Origin: Spirochaetaceae bacterium
GTDB taxonomy: Bacteria; Spirochaetota; Spirochaetia; B11-G9
Reading direction: 5' to 3'
Length of the DNA stretch: 29,683 nucleotides
NCBI GenBank assembly: GCA_030643345.1
Contig: DAOWMA010000001.1
Location: 1 to 29,683 of the forward strand
Positions 11,161 through 19,478 of this stretch are shown piece by piece. The notes under the pieces are model-generated. The model did no database searches. It was not told the origin of the DNA and worked only from the letters and a program-made list of their open reading frames with translations. Within the stretch, counting starts at the first letter, position 1. Each line of letters starts with the position of its first letter. Made by a program: the position numbers and the translations under genes.

Positions 11161-11704
11161 TCATAACCCTCGCAACTGTAGTGGTTAATAGTAAAACAGC
11201 AGCTGAAACTCCCCTTTCTACACCTTTCTTAAACTCAGGCAACTCTCTCTCATCGGGTTTACTTAAAACATGAGTTATTATATTACCATACCCCGCTGGA
11301 CGTGATATTCCTATATAAATTCGAATAAAGTCATCACTGCCATAGTTTTTTATGATGGAATTTATTCCATTATGACCAGAATAAGATCCTTTAGTCTTAA
11401 TCCTGCATTCACCATAGGCTAAATCCATATTATCACAAACAACCACCGGTAAATTATCAGAACCCAAATATTTTTTAATAATACCTGGTAATATTAAACC
11501 GGATCTGTTCATAAAAGTAAGAGGTTTTATCAGGATAACTTCCCTGCTCTGATATAACCCCCTGGCAATAAGATAATTCTTAAAAAAAGGCTTCTTAAGT
11601 TTTAGAGAAAAAAAACGGGCAAGTTCATCAATAACCATGAAACCGGCGTTATGCCTGGTTCCCTGGTATTTCGGTCCTGGATTTCCCAGACCGATAAAAA
11701 TCAA
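11135..11704 (-). CDS. pth: Peptidyl-tRNA hydrolase
   Basis: GLGNPG..Y..TRHNAGF, KPLTFMNRSG, GHNGINSI. Start reassigned to TTG at 11704 downstream of GAGGA (189 aa). The Lys-rich extension in the ORF track is the rplY tail read in another frame. Confidence 0.95.
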   Translation of the reverse strand: MIFIGLGNPGPKYQGTRHNAGFMVIDELARFFSLKLKKPFFKNYLIARGLYQSREVILIKPLTFMNRSGLILPGIIKKYLGSDNLPVVVCDNMDLAYGECRIKTKGSYSGHNGINSIIKNYGSDDFIRIYIGISRPAGYGNIITHVLSKPDERELPEFKKGVERGVSAAVLLLTTTVARVMNEYNRKNN

Positions 11705-11711
11705 CAGTTGT

Positions 11712-12353
11712 CTATTCCTCGGCTTCTTCTTCACCTTCTTCAGCTTCTTCGCCTTCTTCAGCTTCTTCGCCTTCTTCAATCTCTTCTTCAACCTCAAGAA
11801 CTTCTTCCTTGAAAGCTGTAACACTTACAACAACCTGTTCCATCATATTAAGAATAGTAACAGATTCAGGGACTTCCAGTTCATTCACATGAATTGAATC
11901 TCCGATTGTAAGATCTGTGATATCAACTTCAAATACTTCAGGAATATCCTTCGGCAGACATTCAACATCAATTTCGTGCAAGCGATGTTCAAGCAATCCA
12001 CCCTCTTTGACACCAACAGAAACACCTGTTAAATTTACCGGTACTCTTGTTTTCAGGGTTTGTCCTCTTGCAACTTCAAAAAAATCGATATGGGTAATCT
12101 GCCCCATCAGCATGTTTTCCTGAAAATCTTTTACCAACACCTCATAATTTTTACCGTCAACAACTATTGTTATAAGTATATTTTCAGAAATAATATGAAA
12201 TTTTGTATCAAATTCTTTTGCACCAATTGAAATATGAACAGGTTTGTTTTGTCCATAAATTACACATGGTATTTTACCCTCTTTTCTTAAACGTCCTGCA
12301 GGACCCTTTTTAAAAGTATTCCTTTCATATCCTGCGAGAGTTTTCTTCTCCAT
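11712..12353 (-). CDS. rplY: 50S ribosomal protein L25/general stress protein Ctc
   Basis: RLRKEGKIPCVIYG, ITHIDF, VPVNLTG..VGVKEGG, CLPKDIPE; acidic tail with 18-bp repeats (EEGEEA). Confidence 0.96.
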   Translation of the reverse strand: MEKKTLAGYERNTFKKGPAGRLRKEGKIPCVIYGQNKPVHISIGAKEFDTKFHIISENILITIVVDGKNYEVLVKDFQENMLMGQITHIDFFEVARGQTLKTRVPVNLTGVSVGVKEGGLLEHRLHEIDVECLPKDIPEVFEVDITDLTIGDSIHVNELEVPESVTILNMMEQVVVSVTAFKEEVLEVEEEIEEGEEAEEGEEAEEGEEEAEE

Positions 12354-12385
12354 GAAATGCTCCTTAAATTACAATAAATCAGATA

Positions 12386-12457
12386 CTGGGGCGGTAGGAT
12401 TCGAACCTACGATACCGGCACCAAAAACCGGTGGCTTGACCACTTGCCGACGCCCCA
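12386..12457 (-). tRNA. tRNA-Gln (anticodon TTG)
   Basis: Reverse complement TGGGGCGTCGGCAAGTGGTCAAGCCACCGGTTTTTGGTGCCGGTATCGTAGGTTCGAATCCTACCGCCCCAG: cloverleaf, anticodon loop TT-TTG-GT, GTTCGAATC T-loop; CCA not encoded. Confidence 0.96.
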
Positions 12458-12536
12458 AAGCATAGAAACCTATGACCCATGCCTGAAACGGCACATTACA
12501 GCAGCTTGTCTGAGATCAGAACAACCGGCTCCGTGT

Positions 12537-12564
12537 ATTATACTTTTTTTCTAATTAAAGTCTA
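12537..12564 (-). promoter_or_regulatory. Putative sigma70 promoter for tRNA-Gln/rplY
   Basis: Minus strand TAGACT-N16-TATAAT. Confidence 0.55.
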
Positions 12565-12579
12565 TAGCCTATAGAAACT

Positions 12580-12870
12580 CTAACTCTTTTCTTCTTTATG
12601 CGAACCATCGTTATTTATTGGCTCTTTTTCATAGGCTATTAAAATATCACTCTGAAGTTTCGATCTGAAATCGGAATTTATAGGATGTGCGACATCCTTA
12701 TACTCTCCTGTTTTTGTCTTTCGACTGGGCATTGCAATAAAAGCGCCATTCTTACCCTCAATTACCTTAATATTGTGCACAACAAAGCAATTGTCGAAAG
12801 TAACAGTCACATAGGCCTTGAGTTTACCATCTGCTCCAACCCGACGAATTCTAATATCAGTAATCTCCAT
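12580..12870 (-). CDS. spoVG: SpoVG family nucleic-acid-binding regulator
   Basis: [10 protein letters not shown]...[35 protein letters not shown]...[11 protein letters not shown]. Confidence 0.97.
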   Translation of the reverse strand: MEITDIRIRRVGADGKLKAYVTVTFDNCFVVHNIKVIEGKNGAFIAMPSRKTKTGEYKDVAHPINSDFRSKLQSDILIAYEKEPINNDGSHKEEKS

Positions 12871-12891
12871 AAACCCTCCAAGAAGTATTAG

Positions 12892-13776
12892 CTATTCAGC
12901 TGTTGGGTAATTGTAAACTGCCTCAGGCCTGTTCGCAAGCATTTTTACTTTGTGGACCCTTATATTATTATTTTTTAATACTTTTTCAGCATTTCGGACC
13001 TTGACAGGATCACTAAATACTCCAAAAACTGAAGAACCTGTACCTGTAATTGATGAATAGTCTGAACCATTGTCATTGAGTAATTTAATTATTTTTCTAA
13101 ATAATGGATTTTTTTGATAAAGATATGGAGAGAATGAGTTGGAAAATGACCATTCAGAAGGATGATCATTCAAGTATTCAGTAGATATCTCCTCAAATGT
13201 CATAATGTGCTGATCATTATTTAATACCAGAGAAGTAAAAGCTTCTTTAGTACTGTTATGAAAACCTGTATCTACAATCAACAGCGAAAGATCATCTCTT
13301 GTCTGTAGTGAAACAAGATCTTCTCCCCGACCTCCTGCAACAGCACTTGAATCTCCCAGAAAGAATGGGACATCACTGCCAAGTTCCAGAGCTATGATTT
13401 TTAACTCATCGTCTTTTATATCAAGTTTCTGTAGTAATCGTATCCCATTTAGAGTTGCTGCAGCATCACTGGAACCTCCCCCCAACCCTGCTCCTGCAGG
13501 TATATGTTTTTTACAGCTAATAAAAAACCCGGATTTAATATCATATTTTTCCCGTAACGCAACTGCAGCTTTATAGATTAAATTATCTTCCATGGAACAA
13601 TCAAAATTCCCCAAAACGAGAACTTCATCACTTTTTACTGTTTTAATATATAATTCATCGTAGAGAGAAACCATTTGAAAAAGTGAAATAAGGTTGTGAT
13701 ATCCATCCTTACGCTTTGAAATAATCTGCAGGTGTAAATTAATTTTAGCAGGAGCCAGAATCTTAAGATTATCCAC
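12892..13776 (-). CDS. ispE: 4-diphosphocytidyl-2C-methyl-D-erythritol kinase
   Basis: APAKINLHL, DGYHNL, GHMP motif IPAGAGLGGGSSDAA, LGSDVPFF, TGTGSS. Likely start GTG at 13776 after GGAG. Confidence 0.95.
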   Translation of the reverse strand: MDNLKILAPAKINLHLQIISKRKDGYHNLISLFQMVSLYDELYIKTVKSDEVLVLGNFDCSMEDNLIYKAAVALREKYDIKSGFFISCKKHIPAGAGLGGGSSDAAATLNGIRLLQKLDIKDDELKIIALELGSDVPFFLGDSSAVAGGRGEDLVSLQTRDDLSLLIVDTGFHNSTKEAFTSLVLNNDQHIMTFEEISTEYLNDHPSEWSFSNSFSPYLYQKNPLFRKIIKLLNDNGSDYSSITGTGSSVFGVFSDPVKVRNAEKVLKNNNIRVHKVKMLANRPEAVYNYPTAE

Positions 13777-13819
13777 AATTATTACTCCAAATGATAATTT
13801 ATTTATTCCCAATTTATAT

Positions 13820-13848
13820 TTGACAGCTTTATATTTGTTTTCTATAAT
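13820..13848 (+). promoter_or_regulatory. Consensus sigma70 promoter
   Basis: TTGACA (13820-13825) - 17 nt - TATAAT (13843-13848); exact consensus. Confidence 0.85.
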
Positions 13849-13855
13849 AATTCTT

Positions 13856-14323
13856 ATGGATACAAATAATCTAGATCTATTTATAAAAGCAGCAGAAGAA
13901 ATTTTTCAGGAAATAGGTTTTACTGAACTTGTCATTCAGGATAGCAGCAGCAATGAACAGGTATATGAACTCATTGCAAATATAGGCATAACCGGAGATA
14001 TTTCAGGATTTCTGCTTATCAGGTCTGATCTGGAGAGCAGTATGAAATTTATCAATAAAATGCTTACCAATATGGGAATGGAAGCTGAAGAAACCGATTT
14101 TGGGCAATTTCACAAAGAAGCCTTTGGTGAAATACTTAATCAGATTTCAGGCCGGGCTACTATGCTGCTGGAAACTTCTGATGTTAACTGCGATATCACA
14201 CCTCCTACAATTCTAATGGGGGAAAAAATTTCAATGGGTACATATGTTGCAGCTGAAATTATCCATAAGACTATTAGTGGTAATTTTGGAAGTTTTGATC
14301 TTTCAATAGGTGCAAAAGAATAA
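13856..14323 (+). CDS. cheX: CheX-like chemotaxis phosphatase
   Basis: MDTNNLDLFIKAAEEIF..., IGITGDISG, catalytic ExxN (EILN), DITPPTILMG. Start moved to ATG 13856; the TTG at 13820 is the -35 box. Confidence 0.75.
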   Translation: MDTNNLDLFIKAAEEIFQEIGFTELVIQDSSSNEQVYELIANIGITGDISGFLLIRSDLESSMKFINKMLTNMGMEAEETDFGQFHKEAFGEILNQISGRATMLLETSDVNCDITPPTILMGEKISMGTYVAAEIIHKTISGNFGSFDLSIGAKE

Positions 14324-14351
14324 TACAAGTTTAAGGGAGGATTAAGAAACT

Positions 14352-14579
14352 ATGGAAGAAGATTTTTATGATGACAGTTTTGATGATTACGAAAATGAAT
14401 TTGAGGATAAATACTCAGAAATAGAAGATGACCTGCTTGATGATGAATTTGATGATGAATGCGAAGATGACGATGACGAATTTGAAGAAAATCTTGACAC
14501 CGACGAAGAGGATATGCTGGAAGAAGATGATGATATGGACTACGATGACGGCCTTGACTATGATGATTTCGATGAATGA
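14352..14579 (+). CDS. Hypothetical hyper-acidic small protein (75 aa)
   Basis: ATG preceded by GGGAGG; 29 D + 18 E of 75 residues, only one K. Confidence 0.7.
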   Translation: MEEDFYDDSFDDYENEFEDKYSEIEDDLLDDEFDDECEDDDDEFEENLDTDEEDMLEEDDDMDYDDGLDYDDFDE

Positions 14580-14929
14580 TAGATAATCTCACCTGAAAAC
14601 CATAACTTATCAAGATTATAGAATTCTCTCATCTCCTTATTCATTATGTTAATAATGTAGTTTCCGCAATCTATAAGTTCCCATCCGTCATCAGCTATCT
14701 GTTTGTGACGTCTTAAAATACCCACTTTATTAGTATCTAACATAACCTTAAGCTGCCGTACTAAACCCTTTAGATGACCGATACTGGTACTTGTAGCAAT
14801 AATAATATAGTCTGTCCAGCTATTCTGGTCCCTGACGTCTATAACAAGAACATTTTCACCATTATGCTCACTAATAAACTCACCAATTTCTGTTGCTATA
14901 GATTTGTCAGTTTTTACAATATCTTCCAT
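14558..14929 (-). CDS. rsfS: Ribosome silencing factor RsfS
   Basis: GENVLVIDV....WTDYIIIATSTSIGH, GWELIDCGNYIINIM...REFYNLDKLW. ATG 14929 (alternative TTG 14932). Confidence 0.93.
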   Translation of the reverse strand: MEDIVKTDKSIATEIGEFISEHNGENVLVIDVRDQNSWTDYIIIATSTSIGHLKGLVRQLKVMLDTNKVGILRRHKQIADDGWELIDCGNYIINIMNKEMREFYNLDKLWFSGEIIYHSSKSS

Positions 14930-16103
14930 CAAAATCCTTCCCCAATATAATTATTATTTCTGAATTATTTAAAACTGTAGTCATTGTTTTATCAAAATAT
15001 TTTTCAGGATCATATGAAATTTCATTACAAAGAATTATTTCCGCAACTTTTTCTGCCGTTGTTCGATCTCCATTCCGACTTACAATAACAGTATTTTCAA
15101 GAACATTATCATCGAAATTTGCAATCCTCGAAATGTCGTAACCAAAACTCTTAAAAACCTGTGCTGTTCTGTTTGCCAGACCAGTTTGACCCGTTCCATT
15201 TAAAATATCCATTGTTATATTAAGTTCATCTGCACTTATTACTTCAGTATTCGCAAGAGAAACAATAGTCTGCTGAACAGTTTCCCTTAGAAGATTACCT
15301 TCATAGTGCGGAAAAAGCAGATTTTTTTCGTCTACCAACCGGGAAGTCCCTAAAACCCGCTGAAAAACTATTCGTTCCGTATCCAGTTTAGTGAATATTC
15401 CAAAAAAAGAAAGAAAAGCATCTTTCTTAAGATTTGTATCAATATATGATTTAAAATATGTGGCAAATTCTTTATTTTTTAAAAATTTGCTATTAATATC
15501 AAATTGAGTAAAAAGAGACTGCAGTATCTTTTGTCTTCTACTGATATGCTCAACATCAGATAATGATCCATCATTATATTCCATATAAGCAATAGTTTTA
15601 AATCCATCAAGAACAAGATTCCCGGATGGCAGTAAAACAGGATTATCCGGATTAAGAGACTCAACCGGATTTGCAATAAATATCTTTATCCCGTTAAATA
15701 AATCTATTATATTTTTAAAATCCTTGATATCCATTGAAATATAATAGGGTATTTCCACTTTCAATATACCTGCTATCTTTTGGGAATAAACAGAAGGATC
15801 AGAAAAATCAAAAAGAATATCTATTCGATCCATTTTTTTTAATTTACTTATAATTGAACCCATATAACCAGGAATATCAAATAAAGCACCCTTGCCGGTA
15901 TTACTATCGTACAAAAGAAGATCTGAGAAGATAAGTTCACCCCCATCATGAACCATAATCAGCATATTAATTGGCTGTCCAGCTTCAATTACACTTGTAA
16001 TTTGATCAGTTTTAAGTCTGGTAAACAAAACTCCGACAGTAGCTACAGCAATAACAAAAATAAGTATAATAATTAATCTATCTAAAGTTTTTCTTTTTCT
16101 CAA
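14907..16103 (-). CDS. LCP (LytR-CpsA-Psr) family membrane protein with LytR_C domain
   Basis: N-terminal TM anchor, LCP-like core, C-terminal ILNGTGQTGLA...A..F...G...IILGKDF (LytR_C); sits in the nadD-yqeK-LCP-rsfS context. Confidence 0.8.
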   Translation of the reverse strand: MRKRKTLDRLIIILIFVIAVATVGVLFTRLKTDQITSVIEAGQPINMLIMVHDGGELIFSDLLLYDSNTGKGALFDIPGYMGSIISKLKKMDRIDILFDFSDPSVYSQKIAGILKVEIPYYISMDIKDFKNIIDLFNGIKIFIANPVESLNPDNPVLLPSGNLVLDGFKTIAYMEYNDGSLSDVEHISRRQKILQSLFTQFDINSKFLKNKEFATYFKSYIDTNLKKDAFLSFFGIFTKLDTERIVFQRVLGTSRLVDEKNLLFPHYEGNLLRETVQQTIVSLANTEVISADELNITMDILNGTGQTGLANRTAQVFKSFGYDISRIANFDDNVLENTVIVSRNGDRTTAEKVAEIILCNEISYDPEKYFDKTMTTVLNNSEIIIILGKDFDGRYCKN

Positions 16104-16112
16104 AACACAACC

Positions 16113-16688
16113 TCAGGAATTGTTATTTTTTTCTAAATTTGAAAGTTTATCATAAAGGAGCATTGAAGATTCAGTTATCCGATAACCTTTATCCCGCAGA
16201 TACGCGGATTGAATATTCAATATTTTTAAAGTCATTTCATTAAGATCAAGTTTCATTATCATCTCTCTAAATGATGGAGTAATGTGGGCCCTTCCAGGTT
16301 CTATATAATCAGCAATAAACAGAACTTGTCCAAGACGACCCATGTCAGGATGCCCTGCTGTATGCCAGCGTACCGCCTGAAGGACCTCATTATCTTCAAG
16401 TTTAAAATTATTCCTAAGTATTTCCGCACCAAATCTACCATGAAGGAGTACTGGATTTAATTTTTCTTCCTCTGAAACAAGATATCCATCTTTAAGTAAA
16501 GTAATTCTTTTATCATCCACAGGAAGTTCTCTGGCAATATCATGGCTGATACCGACAATTCTGCCTTTATCTTCATCAAGTCCAAAGCGACTGCATAAAT
16601 CCACACATATCATTGCTGTCGATAGTGAATGATCAAGCCTGGGGATACTCAAATTCATTTCAACATATTTTCGTATTTTATTATACAT
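16113..16688 (-). CDS. yqeK: HD-domain Ap4A hydrolase YqeK
   Basis: RLDHS, SHDIAR, LLHGRFGA, AVRWHTAG, LFIADYIEPGR. ATG 16688 overlaps the end of nadD. Confidence 0.88.
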   Translation of the reverse strand: MYNKIRKYVEMNLSIPRLDHSLSTAMICVDLCSRFGLDEDKGRIVGISHDIARELPVDDKRITLLKDGYLVSEEEKLNPVLLHGRFGAEILRNNFKLEDNEVLQAVRWHTAGHPDMGRLGQVLFIADYIEPGRAHITPSFREMIMKLDLNEMTLKILNIQSAYLRDKGYRITESSMLLYDKLSNLEKNNNS

Positions 16689-17256
16689 TGTTTCTGTACA
16701 AACCTCTATCCAATATATAATTATACACACTTTCCGGAATAAGATACCTAAAGGCCTTCCCTGCTTTTATTCGCTCTCTAATATCAGTTGAAGATATATT
16801 AATTGTAACATTACTAATATATTTATAAATTAAACCAGTTTCCAGCTCAGGATCTGAATCTCTGTGGGCAACTATAATATCAACAAGATCAAGTAATTCC
16901 TTCACATTATGCCAGTCTTTCAAACCACTTACCAGATCGTCTCCAATAAAAAGACCAATCCTTCCTGAAACCCTGTATCTGTTTTTTACTGATTTTACAG
17001 TATCGATCATGTACGAAACACCACCCCGTTCTATCTCACAAAGATCGATAAGAGAGTCACTATCAGTTAAAGCTAATTCCAACATTTTAATACGATTATC
17101 AGAAGAAACCAGCTCATCACTTGATTTATGGGCCGAAATATTTGAGGGTATAAATATCACCCGTTCGTACCCCATTTGTATTTTTAATTCCTCACTTAGA
17201 TACAAATGTCCATTATGTACCGGATTGAATGAACCTCCGATAATAATCGTTCTCAA
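16681..17256 (-). CDS. nadD: Nicotinate-nucleotide adenylyltransferase
   Basis: GGSFNPVHNGH, EIERGGVSYMIDT, IGDD...W, ISSTDIRERI. Probable TTG start at 17256 after GGAG. Confidence 0.93.
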   Translation of the reverse strand: MRTIIIGGSFNPVHNGHLYLSEELKIQMGYERVIFIPSNISAHKSSDELVSSDNRIKMLELALTDSDSLIDLCEIERGGVSYMIDTVKSVKNRYRVSGRIGLFIGDDLVSGLKDWHNVKELLDLVDIIVAHRDSDPELETGLIYKYISNVTINISSTDIRERIKAGKAFRYLIPESVYNYILDRGLYRNNV

Positions 17257-17257
17257 T

Positions 17258-18238
17258 TTAATCTCCAATAATTTGCTGAAATTTTTTCTCTAAATCTTTC
17301 AAACCTTCCCGGGAATAAACTGAAATTCCAAGAACCTTCTCGTTCGGAAGAGTTTTTTTTAGTTTATCAAGATTTATTTCAGTTTCTTCAAGATCTGTCT
17401 TCGTCCCAACAATAAGTCTCGATTTTTTTACCAGATCCGGTGCAAACTCTTCAAGTTCCTTATAAAGAACACTAAAAACTTCCCCGCAGTCATCAGAACT
17501 TAAGTCTATAAGAAATATTAAGGCCTTTGTTCTGGAAATGTGTTTTAAAAATTTAAATCCCATTCCAGCTCCGGCAGATGCTCCCTCAATAATACCCGGA
17601 ATATCGGCAATTATAATATCCCTTCCTGAAGTCTGCATAACACCCAAATTCGGTATTTTTGTAGTAAAAGGATATGCGCCAATTTTTGGGTTTGCATTTG
17701 TAAGAACATTTAAAAGAGATGATTTCCCTGCATTAGGCAGTCCAACAAGGCCGATATCTGCTATAATAGCAAGTTCGATATGGAGACGTCTCCCGCTGGC
17801 AACCTTTCCCCTCTGTGCATATCTTGGAGCCTGTTTTCGGGAAGTTGCAAAATGTTGATTACCAAGCCCCCCCTTACCTCCATGCTGAAAAACCCATGTT
17901 TCAAAACCAGTCAGATCTTTGAGTATTTCGCCTGTGTCAGGATCTTTTATAATTGTGCCGGGAGGCACCAAAATTACAGAATCTTTACCGTCACTTCCGT
18001 GTCTTCGACGGCCTGCCCCCTGATGCCCGTTTTCGGCTCTATAGACTCTTTTTTGTTTGAGATGGGCCAGTGTTTTTAAATTATTTTTTACAACAAATAA
18101 AACACTTCCGCCTGTTCCACCATCGCCTCCGTCAGGACCTCCAAGTGGAACATACTTCTCTCTCCTAAATGAAACACATCCGTCACCGCCGTTTCCGGCA
18201 GAAACATCAATAAAGGTCTCATCTGCAAAACCTATCAT
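17258..18238 (-). CDS. obgE: GTPase ObgE/CgtA
   Basis: SFRREKYVPLGGPDGGDGG, GLPNAGKSS, YPFTT, DIPG, TKTD; 326 aa, no C-terminal extension. Confidence 0.97.
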   Translation of the reverse strand: MIGFADETFIDVSAGNGGDGCVSFRREKYVPLGGPDGGDGGTGGSVLFVVKNNLKTLAHLKQKRVYRAENGHQGAGRRRHGSDGKDSVILVPPGTIIKDPDTGEILKDLTGFETWVFQHGGKGGLGNQHFATSRKQAPRYAQRGKVASGRRLHIELAIIADIGLVGLPNAGKSSLLNVLTNANPKIGAYPFTTKIPNLGVMQTSGRDIIIADIPGIIEGASAGAGMGFKFLKHISRTKALIFLIDLSSDDCGEVFSVLYKELEEFAPDLVKKSRLIVGTKTDLEETEINLDKLKKTLPNEKVLGISVYSREGLKDLEKKFQQIIGD

Positions 18239-18270
18239 CTTAAACTCTTAATTTACCTAAATAACTATAG

Positions 18271-18525
18271 CTAAACGATAGGAACGATATTTATATACTT
18301 TCTATTTGCCTTTTGCTTAAACATGACCATTCCGGCTGCCTTAGCAAATAAAGTATCATCTTTGCCCTTTCCTACATTAATTCCAGGGTGAAATTTAGTA
18401 CCCCTCTGACGAACAATAATTTCACCGGCTTTTACAGGCTGTCCACCGGACTTTTTAACACCCAGACGCTGGGATGCGGAATCCCTTCCGTTTTTAGTAC
18501 TACCGCCACCTTTTTTATGTGCCAT
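18271..18525 (-). CDS. rpmA: 50S ribosomal protein L27
   Basis: [24 protein letters not shown]...[13 protein letters not shown]. Confidence 0.98.
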   Translation of the reverse strand: MAHKKGGGSTKNGRDSASQRLGVKKSGGQPVKAGEIIVRQRGTKFHPGINVGKGKDDTLFAKAAGMVMFKQKANRKYINIVPIV

Positions 18526-18547
18526 TATTTATCTCCTTCTTATCAAT

Positions 18548-18889
18548 TCAATTCGAATCAGTTCTTCTCAGACTGATCCTGCAGTAATCAGGATACTCCA
18601 AAGCCAAATCCTTCAAGCCGACCACAGTAAATGCGCTTACGCCCCGAAGCCAATCTTTTTCATACCCTTCAAGTAAAGATATACTAAAATGTAACTCACC
18701 TTTTTCCTCTGCACTTCCTTCAATACTGATGGAAGGTTCCATCTCCAAAGTCCTGGAAACTGTCCGAAGCAAAGTAGAAGCTGCTGCACAGATAATATCC
18801 TTACCAGCCTCAGCAGAGCCGGAATGACCGGAAGCATCAATCCTGAAGAGACATCCGCTTAAATCCAGCCACAAAGTCACATCTATCAA
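18548..18889 (-). CDS. prp: Prp/YsxB ribosomal-processing cysteine protease
   Basis: Lies between rplU and rpmA; SGH(22)...DIIC(34)AAAS motif; C-terminal LALEYPDYC. Confidence 0.85.
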   Translation of the reverse strand: MIDVTLWLDLSGCLFRIDASGHSGSAEAGKDIICAAASTLLRTVSRTLEMEPSISIEGSAEEKGELHFSISLLEGYEKDWLRGVSAFTVVGLKDLALEYPDYCRISLRRTDSN

Positions 18890-18896
18890 GAAATAA

Positions 18897-19211
18897 CTAA
18901 ACTCCTGCTATTTCATTTACCTTAACATAGGTATAGTTTTGTCGATGTCCCTGTTTTCTTCTATATCCCTTTCTTCTCTTAAACTTGATAATAGTAACTT
19001 TTTTATCCTTACGATGGTCTTCTACAGTTGTAGAGATCTTCACACCCTTTACATAAGGGGTACCAACCTTAACCTTACCATCATTATTAAGAAGAAGCAC
19101 GGAATCAAATTCCAGTACCGATCCATTTTCTGCATCTACTTTATCAATCTTCAAGACTGCATCTTTTTCTGCTTTGTATTGTTTTCCCAAAATTTCCACT
19201 AATGCGTACAT
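18897..19211 (-). CDS. rplU: 50S ribosomal protein L21
   Basis: MYALVEILGKQYK...VGTPYV...KRRKGYRRKQGHRQNYT. Confidence 0.98.
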   Translation of the reverse strand: MYALVEILGKQYKAEKDAVLKIDKVDAENGSVLEFDSVLLLNNDGKVKVGTPYVKGVKISTTVEDHRKDKKVTIIKFKRRKGYRRKQGHRQNYTYVKVNEIAGV

Positions 19212-19249
19212 CTGCTAAACCTCAATTATTACAAAATCAACTAGGGTAC

Positions 19250-19279
19250 TATATAGCATAACAGGCTCTCTCTGGTCAA
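19250..19279 (-). promoter_or_regulatory. Putative promoter of rplU-prp-rpmA-obgE
   Basis: Minus strand TTGACC-N18-TATATA with TG extension; GAGG SD before the ATG. Confidence 0.45.
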
Positions 19280-19354
19280 TACTCGGGTTGTTCTTTACGG
19301 TAGATCAATGATTCCCAGGTTATGATTTTTGAATTTCCTGGGCATTACCCTGGA

Positions 19355-19382
19355 TAGAGGCGAACACAAGGTCCGCCCCTAC
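19355..19382 (-). repeat. GTAG-type REP palindrome
   Basis: Minus strand GTAGGGGCGGACCTTGTGTTCGCCTCTA, sitting in the loop of the ACCCTGG/CCAGGGT stem. Confidence 0.7.
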
Positions 19383-19450
19383 CAGGGTCAGGCTATTCGC
19401 TGCAATTCCGCCCGGATTTGATTAACACGATTACAATTTTGTTTTGGTGC

Positions 19451-19478
19451 GTACAGACGCAAGATTTTGCGTCTCTAT
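19451..19478 (-). repeat. REP palindrome (GTAGAGACGCA type)
   Basis: Plus strand GTACAGACGCAAGATTTTGCGTCTCTAT; 19443-19477 is the exact reverse complement of 21411-21445 (35 bp). Confidence 0.75.

Noticed and set aside
11734-11778. 2.5 x 18-bp tandem repeat
   Set aside because: It encodes the ordinary acidic tail of L25/Ctc; not a CRISPR array or contingency locus.
11705-11824. Lys-rich N-terminal extension of Pth (KKAKKLKKAKKL) in the ORF track
   Set aside because: It is the Glu-rich 18-bp-repeat tail of rplY read in another frame; a TTG with an SD sits at 11704.
13777-13855. N-terminal extensions of ispE (from 13812) and cheX (from 13820)
   Set aside because: They cover the divergent promoter region; downstream starts fit homology and expression signals better.
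14350-14613. His-rich 87-aa minus-strand ORF
   Set aside because: Antisense shadow of the GAT/GAC-rich acidic gene; no SD and it overlaps rsfS.
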